Assembly: GCF_006345805.1 (NCBI RefSeq)
Contig: NW_021827301.1
Span: forward strand, 1 to 10,837
From: Octopus sinensis
Lineage: Eukaryota
Reading direction: 5' to 3'
DNA: 10,837 bases
Positions within the stretch are counted from its first letter, which is position 1, and the number at the start of each line of letters is the position of its first letter. The notes beneath the pieces are model-generated. The model searched no databases and was not told the origin of the DNA. It saw only the letters and a list, made by a program, of their open reading frames with translations. The position numbers and the translations under genes were made by a program. This document shows, piece after piece, positions 1-7,789 of the stretch.

Positions 1-115
1 GTGTGTGGTGGTGGGTGTACATACACACACCAACAAATACACACGTATACACACAACACACACCTCTTAACCACAAACACATTAAAGATAAGCACAGATT
101 AGGATATACGCAATT

Positions 116-118
116 CTC

Positions 119-149
<31 letters not shown>

Positions 150-160
150 ACACACACACA
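116..160. repeat. Compound microsatellite (CT)n-(CA)n
   Basis: Directly visible dinucleotide runs. Confidence 0.95.
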
Positions 161-197
161 GTATATTACGCAATTTTTTTTCTCCGTGAGCCAAGAA

Positions 198-218
198 GCG
201 GCGGCGGCGGCGGCGGCG
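198..218. repeat. (GCG)7 trinucleotide repeat
   Basis: Seven perfect GCG units at 198-218. Confidence 0.95.
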
Positions 219-386
219 TGGTTCCTGTTCCATTCGCGTTGTTTGTTTGTTTGTTTCAAGGTTCTTCGTCCTATCTCCACCATATCGCTTCCTTGTGAAG
301 TAGATTTTCAAGTGTTACCAACTGACGTCACTGGCCGCCGCCAAGTCAACAGCAACTACAACCACAACAACACCAGTTGAACCATC

Positions 387-454
387 ACACACACACACAC
401 ACACACTCTCTCTCTCCCTCTCTCTCTCTTCTCTTTCTCTCTCTCTCTCTCTCT
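387..454. repeat. Compound microsatellite (CA)n-(CT)n
   Basis: Directly visible dinucleotide runs. Confidence 0.95.
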
Positions 455-599
455 ATCGCCTTACGCCATGTCTGTATTACGCAATAATTTTGTCAGCAAA
501 TGGCGAAGCAGATAACCTCAGCCGGTTTTATGCATTAATAAACTATATTGGAGAAGAGAAAGGTGGCGGTGCCGAGGCAGAACGGCTGCTGGTCTCTGT

Positions 600-852
600 T
601 GTGTGTGTGCGTATATATATAATACTTACATGTGTGTGTGTGTTGATATATATATATATATACGTACATATATTCATATACGTATATACTTCATACAGAT
701 TTGCGTGTGTGTATATACATATATACCTATAGATATAGAAATATATATATACATACACACCTCCCATATACCTATGTGAAGTTCACTATATGTATGTATG
801 TGAGTGTGTGTGTAGATATATATATATACTTCATACATGTTTGCGTGTGTAC

Positions 853-887
<35 letters not shown>

Positions 888-1252
888 TACAGCTCCCACG
901 TACATATGTGAAGTTCTCTATATATGAATGTATGTATGTATGCATGTATGTATACATATATGTGGGTGTGTGTGTGTGTGAGTGTGCGCGGTATATCTAT
1001 ATATATATATATATTATATATATATATATAGTAATATATAAACTTACATGTGTGTGTGTGTAGATATATATATATATAATATATACGGACATATATTCAT
1101 ATACGTATATACTTCATACAGGTTTGGTGTGTGTATATACATGTATATCTACAGATATAGAAATATATATAACATACACACTCCCATATACCATGTGAAG
1201 TTCACTATATGTATGTATGTGAGTGGTGTGTAGATATATATAATACATATAT

Positions 1253-1284
<32 letters not shown>

Positions 1285-1347
1285 ATATATACATACACAC
1301 AGTCCCACGTACATATGTGAAGTTCTCAATATATGAATGTATGTATG

Positions 1348-1393
<46 letters not shown>
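600..1393 (+). repeat. Tandem duplication (~420-bp period) of a TA/TG-rich unit, each copy with a ~120-140-bp internal sub-repeat
   Basis: ACTTACATGTGTG at 624 and 1042. ACATATATTCATATACGTATATACTTCATACAG is present in both copies. ATGTGAAGTTC occurs at 774, 906, 1193 and 1315, and CCCACGTACATATGTGAAGTTCTC at ~895 and ~1304. Confidence 0.9.
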
Positions 1394-1396
<3 letters not shown>

Positions 1397-1620
1397 AACT
1401 TGTCTCGACTGCATGCAATGGTTGTAAACGAGCATCGCCGCCATACGAGCGATGTCATTTTGCTTGCAAAGTATATCTGGCCATGGGGGAAATTTTGCTT
1501 GACTCGGACACAGGTGAGGGTTGGCGACAGGATGTGCATCCATCCATCGTAAAATTCGCCTGAGCCATGCAAGCAGGGAAAAATGTACGTTAAAACAATG
1601 ATGATGGTGATGATGATGAT
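1397..1620 (+). mobile_element. 3' module of an octopus SINE with RTE-like tail ending in (ATG)n
   Basis: CAGGTGAGGGTTGGCGACAGGA...CCATGCAAGCAGGGAAAAATGTACGTTAAAAC followed by an ATG/GTG repeat tail (1598-1620). Homologous segments recur at 10468-10600 (+) and 1833-1884 (-). It matches my recollection of an abundant Octopus repeat. Confidence 0.8.
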
Positions 1621-1712
1621 ATAAATGCATTCACACACACACATACGTTTCGAAGTTACAGACCACAGTTTCGTATCTCGGCAACGGCATCTTGCACAGC
1701 GGCATATTTTTA

Positions 1713-1726
1713 CAAGGTCAAGGTCA
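1713..1726 (+). promoter_or_regulatory. Nuclear-receptor DR0 element (AGGTCAAGGTCA), containing TCAAGGTCA
   Basis: CAAGGTCAAGGTCA at 1713-1726. Motif match only. Confidence 0.3.
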
Positions 1727-1832
1727 GTCGAGGCTGATACAAAAATGTTCTTTTTAGCTCAACACACACACACACAAAAAGAAATTATTGATTAGAAAAA
1801 TAATTAATATACACTAATTAGAAATATTAGCA

Positions 1833-1884
1833 CACCACCACCACCTCACTCTTAACGTCTGTTTTTCCGTGTTCGCATGAGTCC
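1833..1884 (-). mobile_element. Short 3'-terminal fragment of the same RTE-like tail, minus strand
   Basis: 1852-1884 matches the reverse complement of 1561-1593 at 24/33 positions. The (CAC)n run at 1833-1845 corresponds to the repeat tail. Confidence 0.65.
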
Positions 1885-2197
1885 GAATAGTTAGATACGT
1901 TTAAGAAAATATTTGTTTTGACAAGAAAATAGAAACAAAAAGTAAGGAAAATTAGTTTTGATTTTTTCTCTATACAACCTCACTTAGTTTTCTTTTGTTA
2001 CCTTTTTTTTTTTTTTTTTTTGAGTGAAAATTGATGAATTCCAAGAGAATTGATGTTTTTTAGGTTGAACCATTTCTGAGGGAATCGAGTCTTGGAGACA
2101 AACCGGATTGGAGCGTGTATTTTTTTTTTTTTTTTTGAAGAGACTTCTTGAAATTTTAGTGAATTGATGAGGTTATGTTAATTTTTTGTGTTAAATA

Positions 2198-2315
2198 TAA
2201 GGAGAGAGGAGGAGGGGACGAAGAGCAAGATGAGGGAAGGACAGAGAAAGAGGAGGGAGAAACAGAAGGAAAGAGAGAAGGGAAAGGGAGGGAGGGGAGA
2301 GAGAGAGAAAGCAAG
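2198..2315 (+). other. Polypurine tract with a canonical G-quadruplex motif
   Basis: ~115 bp almost entirely A/G, with GGG-AAA-GGG-A-GGG-A-GGGG at 2280-2297. Confidence 0.7.
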
Positions 2316-2332
2316 TTTTATCATTTCTGTTA

Positions 2333-2480
2333 GGGATATGTAAGCCCAGTGGTTAAAGCGTTCGGCTCACGTATCTTATGTTCGTAGGTTCAATGATTAG
2401 AGCGGGGTGTGCGTTGTGGCCCTACTAAGGTACTTCATTTTCCGGTGCATCAGTCTGCTCAGCTGCAAATGAACACCAAC
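2333..2480 (+). mobile_element. Old tRNA-derived CORE-type SINE (5' head plus core)
   Basis: A-box-like AAGCCCAGTGG (2342-2352) and B-box-like AGGTTCAAT (2386-2394), followed by GCGTTGTGGCCCTACTAAGGTACTTCATTTTCCGGTGCATCAGTCTGCTCAGCTGCAAATGAA, which resembles a degenerate CORE/MIR-like domain. Confidence 0.65.
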
Positions 2481-2654
2481 TGAGCCTTACCCTTTCTTCC
2501 TGTCACTGGGTACTGCACTGGTTCAAGGAAGAGATGGGCAGGTGGGTAGTTATGTCTGATTGTAACTTCGAAGGACCTTCACACAGCCAAACTATGGTAC
2601 ATGCAACTAAGCTATCACTCGCTTATAGGATCAGCACACACACATTCCCTGTAC

Positions 2655-2910
2655 TCAGCTAAGGATCAGAAAACGTCGCTTTATACTCACTTGGTTCCAG
2701 GTTCGATCCACCGGCAGGGTAACTTAGACAAATGTGTCTAGGAATAGCCTCAGGATGACCAATATGGGCCACGTGCATGGGCCTGGCGCCGTAGGTTTGC
2801 TCTAGGTTTCGGTTTACTCCATGGAAAACCCGGTGGTGTATCACTTAGCCTTCCGGTAAACAGAGATTGAAAAAATAATTAATGGGGTCGTTTAGGCTGG
2901 ACTAAAATAC
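2655..2910 (+). mobile_element. Decayed copy of the CORE-type SINE family seen at 10128-10455
   Basis: TGGTTCCAGGTTCGATCC (B box) followed by ...TAACTTAGACAAATGTGTCTAGGAATAGCCTCAGGATGACCAA aligns to the reverse complement of 10345-10416. ACTTAGCCTTCCGGTAAACAGAGA aligns to the reverse complement of 10188-10210. Confidence 0.7.
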
Positions 2911-2957
2911 ATCGGTGAAACATCAAAGGTCGCGAGTCTAACGACAAAGTGGTATGG

Positions 2958-3021
2958 TGAGTGTGTGTGTGTGTGTGAGGAAGATAGAGAGAGAGAGGGG
3001 AGAGAGAGAATGAGAGAGATA

Positions 3022-3066
<45 letters not shown>

Positions 3067-3487
3067 AACATAGAAAGCGGACGTAAAACTATAGGAATCT
3101 CTCTTTCTCTTTCTTGTGTGTGTGTGCCTGTGCGCTCTATCGGAATCACATACGCATGTGTGTATGTATGTGTGTGTGTATATATATAGCCTACACACAC
3201 ACATATATATATATAATATATGGGTGCGTTTATGTATGCGCGTGGTGTGTATATATATAGAACAAAGAGCCCAAATAGGAAATGGGAAAATTTCATAAGA
3301 TCGGCGATGTGCTTTTTTTTGTGTGGGGTTTTTTTTTTCTGCTTTGAAAATAAAATATTTATGAGGTAACAGCTATTTCCTATTTATTACACACTAGTCT
3401 ATATGTGTGTATACATATATACATACACACGTATACGCATATACATATACATGTATACGCATATATATGCTTGTATACACACACACC

Positions 3488-3520
<33 letters not shown>

Positions 3521-3620
3521 ATACAAAAGATGCACATGTGCGTATCATTCATACATATAAACATACATTTAAATATATTCACATGTAACTCTATCAACAC
3601 ACACACACACACACACACAC
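2958..3620. repeat. Microsatellite-rich block: (GT)n, (GA)n, (TA)n, (CA)n
   Basis: (GA)n at 3027-3064, (TA)n at ~3488-3511, (CA)n at ~3597-3620, with mixed TG/CA runs between. Confidence 0.9.
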
Positions 3621-4175
3621 GGGTTATGATAGAGCAGAGCGGGGCAGAGAAGACACATTTTGATCTTACAAAGGGACACGCTGTCGCAAACACACACCTA
3701 CGACCCTCCCCCTCCACATCGCTATTGTTCTCACTCTGAAAAGATCGATATTGTATTCGTTTTGTGTGATGCAATAAGAGGTTAACAAACTCAGAACAAA
3801 CTGTGGATCGTGAAGAAACGGTTTCGAACCTCGGCGCGACGCCCCCATCATTTAATTTTATTCCATTTATTTTTCGAGAACTTAGTCCAACAGGTAACGG
3901 CAGCACCCATGAGCCTTGCCCTTCTGCTTTTCCAGTGCCTTCCCGAGATTCGTGAGACACGAAGGGGTTGCGGTGAAAGAGGAGTTCCCGTCAAACCAGA
4001 TATCTGTCCCGAGTTCTCACAACAGTGTGGCGGACTTTACTAAAAGTACCTGAAGTACCATGTGGCATCGTTAAACGAAGCAGAGACGGATGAGATTTAC
4101 CAATCATGAATTTAGAAGAAACCCGGAAAGCAATATTCATACACGATCCAACAATTACGCCATTTGTCCCGGCAT

Positions 4176-4390
4176 TTGAACTCACGGAGCAGAGATTCAC
4201 AACTAAATTCCACGAGGCATTTAATCCCTGCTCGAACAACTCTTGTCACATCACCACCAGACATCTTAAAAGAGAAAAACATTGGATATTAAATGCCTTG
4301 ATAAATAAATAAATAAATAAATAAACAGACGCAGTGGCCATGGTTGGAATATCTGATCCTAGACCTGTTCGATCAGGGTTGACCCGGAAT
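4176..4390 (+). mobile_element. Unclassified interspersed repeat (family ending GACCTGGGGYTAAACAAC), copy 1, with internal (ATAA)6
   Basis: TGAACTCACGGAGCAGAG...CATCTTAAAAGAGAAAAACATTGGATA...GGTTGGAATATCTGATCCTAGACCTGTTCGATCAGGGTTGACC. The 3' part is collinear with 6050-6111 and 10681-10743. (ATAA)6 lies at 4301-4324. Confidence 0.65.
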
Positions 4391-4432
4391 CGGGTGTATT
4401 CTACCCTGACAGATAAAGTGGACCTATTGTAC

Positions 4433-4489
4433 ATGTGGACATCCTCAGATCGGAGTCCGGACCTGAATACTTGCAACATAGTTGTTTTC
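4433..4489 (+). pseudogene. Tc1/mariner transposase fragment (W..RSPDLNxC motif)
   Basis: The frame of ORF 4334-4531 reads MWTSSDRSPDLNTCNIVVF, similar to the conserved WPPRSPDLNPCD motif near the third catalytic residue of Tc1/mariner transposases. The fragment is short. Confidence 0.45.
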
Positions 4490-4505
4490 GCTAAAAATCA
4501 CCTAA

Positions 4506-4524
4506 GGACCACCAGGTGGCGTTG
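4506..4524 (+). promoter_or_regulatory. CTCF-like binding motif
   Basis: GGACCACCAGGTGGCGTTG fits the CTCF core CCASYAGRKGGCR exactly (4509-4521). Confidence 0.45.
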
Positions 4525-4617
4525 GTGTTAGCCCTCCACCGTCCCCCACGACCGATTAATACAGTCAATCTATCACCCTCCCCCAACCGTTCACCCTCAA
4601 ATCAGGAACGGACCCAT

Positions 4618-4766
4618 GGGCGGTCTTCCACCTCAATTGCTGTCTCTCTAAATTTCTCAGCACAAAAAGCATTCGTCGACCCGACCCTTGCTGAAGCTGC
4701 TGACCACTGAGATCGAACTCGAAGCAGTGTAGCAGCAAAGTAAATTTGTTAACCACACAGCCTGTG
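4618..4766 (-). mobile_element. Decayed 5' head and core of the CORE-type SINE, minus strand
   Basis: The minus strand reads GGCTGTGTGGTTAACAAATTTACTTTG...CGAGTTCGATCTC (A and B boxes). On the plus strand, 4618-4766 is collinear with 10297-10452. Confidence 0.7.
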
Positions 4767-4842
4767 ACTCTAGTGGTGTTGCATTTGGTGGGGAGCCTCA
4801 GCTTGGCCGTGACACAACAATCCTACATCAGGGTTTATTATG

Positions 4843-4983
4843 GTTGCAGTGTAAACCCCAGATCGGCCTTAATGGAGCAGAACCTGCATTTATTGTCCGG
4901 TGTTAATTGAGCAGGCCCTGTACGGGTCGTTTACAAATCGGCCTCAATCGAGCAACAACACACCTCAGCCGCTGACGGAGTTG
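4843..4983 (-). repeat. Inverted terminal fragment of the GACCTGGGGYTAAAC family, reiterated 3-4 times
   Basis: TGTAAACCCCAGATCGGCCTTAATGGAGCAG (4850-4880) is the reverse complement of the family end. Related 18-mers lie at 4897-4914 and 4938-4955, with a weaker one at 4965-4983. Confidence 0.55.
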
Positions 4984-5093
4984 TTTACCACATCGACGCT
5001 GACATACTTTTTATCCATGATTGTTGCTATTTGCTTCGATTGCAGAGCGAAGAAATGTCAGCATAACATTACATGTGGATGTCGGTCGGTCAC

Positions 5094-5094
<1 letters not shown>

Positions 5095-5132
<38 letters not shown>

Positions 5133-5143
5133 CACACACACAC
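5095..5143. repeat. (CA)n microsatellite
   Basis: Direct observation, with one interruption. Confidence 0.95.
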
Positions 5144-5246
5144 AGGAGTTCAATTGCCACCACAATACTTTACAATTGTCCCACACGAAAAAAATGAAAA
5201 GAGAATTTTTTGGGGTTTTTTTTATGAGCCAATATAGTAGTGCAAA

Positions 5247-5411
5247 CATCTAGAAATAGCAGCCAAGTCTTCATATAATACACAAGAGAAAGGCAGTGGA
5301 AGAGGGAGATGGGGGAAGAGGAGAAGAAAAGACAACTTCAGGCCCCTATACATGGCCCCAGGTGTAACAAGTTTCTTTGTTTAGAGCTGAACTAGGGTTA
5401 AACAACAACAA
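5247..5411 (+). mobile_element. GACCTGGGGYTAAAC repeat family, copy 2
   Basis: CTAGAAATAGCAGCCAA at 5250-5266. Ends GAGCTGAACTAGGGTTAAACAACAACAA at 5411. Confidence 0.7.
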
Positions 5412-5920
5412 TTATGAAGGGGCCGAACTATGAGGGAGTTGTTGATGGGGGGGGGGGGGCTGACCGTGTTAAAGAAATAAAACTTGAGCAAAAGAGGGGG
5501 AGTAGGGGTTATATTTTGAACGATTCAATTATTGCAGGAATCGATATTTTTTATGAAGTCAACAAGAGCGCGTGTGTTAATCGTTGGCAGCGGATAAACA
5601 CGAATCTGACGACTGGTTTGATATTTGATAGAAGGGGCTTTAAGACGAAACCCTTATCAAACAAATAGGAAACGGGATTGGCTTTTTCTTTCTTTTTTTT
5701 TCTTTTTTAAGGAGAGGAAAGATAACTCCGCGCATACTGAGCGAGTTATTGCCCTTAGCTGTCGAACCTGGTCGCAATAATAAAAAGGTATCTTCACACC
5801 CACACGCACGCACCCCCACCTCTCTTAAACACGCACGTCTCAACAACATGCGTTCGTTTCTTATTAATAGTTTTGCAAGTAGCAGGAGGCACCCGGGTTA
5901 ATATCAAACGGGTGTAAGTA

Positions 5921-6112
5921 GTAGTAATATGTAGCCAACGAAATGCATACCCTGGTATGGGACTCTCTACCTTAAAACCATTACTTTACCGTCTTCTATA
6001 TAAAAAGAAAGCAGGTAATTTGTTTTAGAGTTGAGAAAATAAGATGAGAGGTCATGGAAGGAACTCTGTGATCATAGGCCCACTCTAACAGGATTGACCT
6101 GGGGTTAAACAG
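5921..6112 (+). mobile_element. GACCTGGGGYTAAAC repeat family, copy 3
   Basis: GTAGTAATATGTAGCCAA...TACCGTCTT...TGATCATAGGCC...GATTGACCTGGGGTTAAACA (6096-6111). Confidence 0.65.
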
Positions 6113-6206
6113 CGTTGCTACTTAGTTCATCATCGACCTATGTAGAGGCGTGTGTGTGTGTATGTATACAGACAATATTATATACACTCGCTTGCGCACG
6201 CGCTTA

Positions 6207-6210
<4 letters not shown>

Positions 6211-6244
<34 letters not shown>
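6211..6244. repeat. (CA)n microsatellite
   Basis: Direct observation. Confidence 0.95.
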
Positions 6245-6246
<2 letters not shown>

Positions 6247-6454
6247 CATACGCATGAGAGCGGCGAAAAAGAAAAACAGGATGGGACCACTGTGTCGGAG
6301 AAGGACAACAGAAGAGGGCAGTTGCCCTTTAGTCTCCAGGGGGGGGATCTTGGACGGTGGTGGGCTTCCATGGTAGGTCCTAGATAAGGGTTCTCTTTTA
6401 TTAGGAAAAAAAACAAACTGCAAAGCTACAACAATGTGAGTCGGTGCAGCGGTT

Positions 6455-6472
6455 GCGCAGCAGATGGCGTTG
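6455..6472 (+). promoter_or_regulatory. CTCF-like binding motif (second)
   Basis: GCGCAGCAGATGGCGTTG has one mismatch to CCASYAGRKGGCR and lies in CpG-rich unique sequence. Confidence 0.35.
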
Positions 6473-6743
6473 CGCCTCGTTAGTTTTTTTTTCCTCTCCT
6501 GTTCGGGGAGGAAGCAGTGATAAAGGGGCAGATAACTTGTTATGCTCAATAGCATGGGTCGTTTATCATGATGGTGAAAAAACGAATTGTTCCTCCCAAG
6601 CGGAAGCCTTCCCACACATTTAAGGGATCGTTAAGGATCGTGAAGGGAAGGGTGAGCAAGACATTCAATTTGAAATTTAATTACAACCATTCCTCGTATT
6701 AAGGGCATAAAGATTTTGCCATTAATAAACAAAGAGAATACAC

Positions 6744-6955
6744 CGAGCAGGCAGAATCATCAGCGCGTCGGACAAAGTGCTTGGCGGTATTTCGTCAGGC
6801 TTTGCGATCTGAGTTCAAATGCTACTGAACTCGACTTTGCTTTTCATCCTTTCATGGTCAACAAAATAAGTACCAGTTGAGCCCTGGGTCCGATGGAGTC
6901 GACTTGGCCCCCTTCTCCAAAATTACTGGTCTTATACTAAAATTAGAAAGAATTA
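6744..6955 (+). mobile_element. tRNA-derived SINE with TTTCATCCTTTC core; tail type B
   Basis: Collinear with 9348-9514: GCTTGGCGGTATTTCGTC, B box GAGTTCAAAT (6811-6820), TTTCATCCTTTC, AAATAAGTACCAGTT and TCGACTT. It then continues into a different 3' tail (CCCCCTTCTCCAAAATTACTGG...AAATTAGAAAGAATTA). Confidence 0.85.
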
Positions 6956-7175
6956 AGAATGGGGTAGAAATCAAAAATATTTTAGTGAGTCGGTGCTGGT
7001 ATTCTGGGTCCATTTGGGACAGTCCCATCGCTGTGGGGATCATTGGTTGACTGTTCAACTGTAGGAGCTGGACTAAGGAAAAAGAAAGGAAAAAAAAACG
7101 AAAGAAAACTCAGATTTCATTGACTGACAAAGATTCCTTTAACACATTCTAACCAACAGTTCAAAGAGTCTCTTT

Positions 7176-7330
7176 GTGGTCGACTGACCTGCAAGAAATA
7201 GCAACCAAGTGTTCCTCAAATTACATTCTAGAGCATTTTAAGAAATGCCAAAGGCTTTCTCCAATGTAGTCTTAGATACACTCAGGCACCAAAACTAGAA
7301 AAGGGGTCTGCAGGTATGAAAGGGATTTTG
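7176..7330 (+). mobile_element. GACCTGGGGYTAAAC repeat family, copy 4 (3' end eroded)
   Basis: GACCTGCAAGAAATAGCAACCAA (7186-7208) matches 10647-10669 and 5250-5266. It is followed by CCTCAAATTACA and AATGTAGTCTTAGATACAC. Confidence 0.65.
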
Positions 7331-7789
7331 TGCTACACCTGCAACATCCCTTTTAATAGAAATGCCGAACAATCGTTGCTGTTGGCTGACAAACCTCCTC
7401 CTCCACACACACACACACACACACATGTATAAGTATGTATAATACACATCTAAACACACACACACAACGTGTTTGGTTTACACATTCCCTATATATTGTA
7501 TACACACGCACACACGCGCGCGCGCCAATATCCAAAGCGAACCAAATTAGAATTTCTTAAGGATTCATTTCCATTCATCACTAAAGACATAATTAAGAGG
7601 AAGTGTATAGGGCTGTATGACAAGAGAGCCCCACGAGGGGTCAGCATTTAACAATTACACATACTGCATGACGGCTCCCAGTAGGCGCAGGGGTGGGGTG
7701 TCAACCGAGGCAGTTGTCATCGTTTTAATAAATACAGCCATTCGTTCGTGTCACGTTTTTCAACACTCACCTACAAGTTTGTGTCTGCC

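Larger units (their letters stand above)
106..485. promoter_or_regulatory. Candidate promoter/enhancer: bZIP site cluster (2x TATTACGCAAT, 1x ATACGCAAT, palindromic CRE TGACGTCA) around a CpG-rich (GCG)7 core
   Basis: TATTACGCAAT occurs exactly at 164-174 and 475-485, ATACGCAAT at 106-114, TGACGTCA at 323-330, and (GCG)7 at 198-218. CpG density is locally higher than in the flanking microsatellite DNA. No TSS or exon can be identified. Confidence 0.45.

Noticed and set aside
3-1644. Many ORFs of 60-176 aa, including poly-Ala and poly-His stretches
   Set aside because: They are translations of (CA)n, (TA)n, (GCG)n and (ATG)n repeats and a SINE tail. No domain or coding signal is present.
2003-2175. 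Poly-T tracts followed by AG as splice acceptors
   Set aside because: There is no convincing downstream exon or donor site, and homopolymers are common in this DNA.
3487-3960. 157-aa minus-strand ORF
   Set aside because: It has no ATG start and no recognisable homology, and it ends in a microsatellite. A hidden exon cannot be excluded without RNA-seq.
4863-4983. CRISPR-like repeat-spacer pattern
   Set aside because: The repeats are short, degenerate and irregularly spaced, and derive from an interspersed repeat terminus.
7682-7701. TAGGCGCAGGGGTGGGGTGT resembling the extreme 5' end of the CORE-type SINE
   Set aside because: It is only ~20 bp, with no B box or core following.
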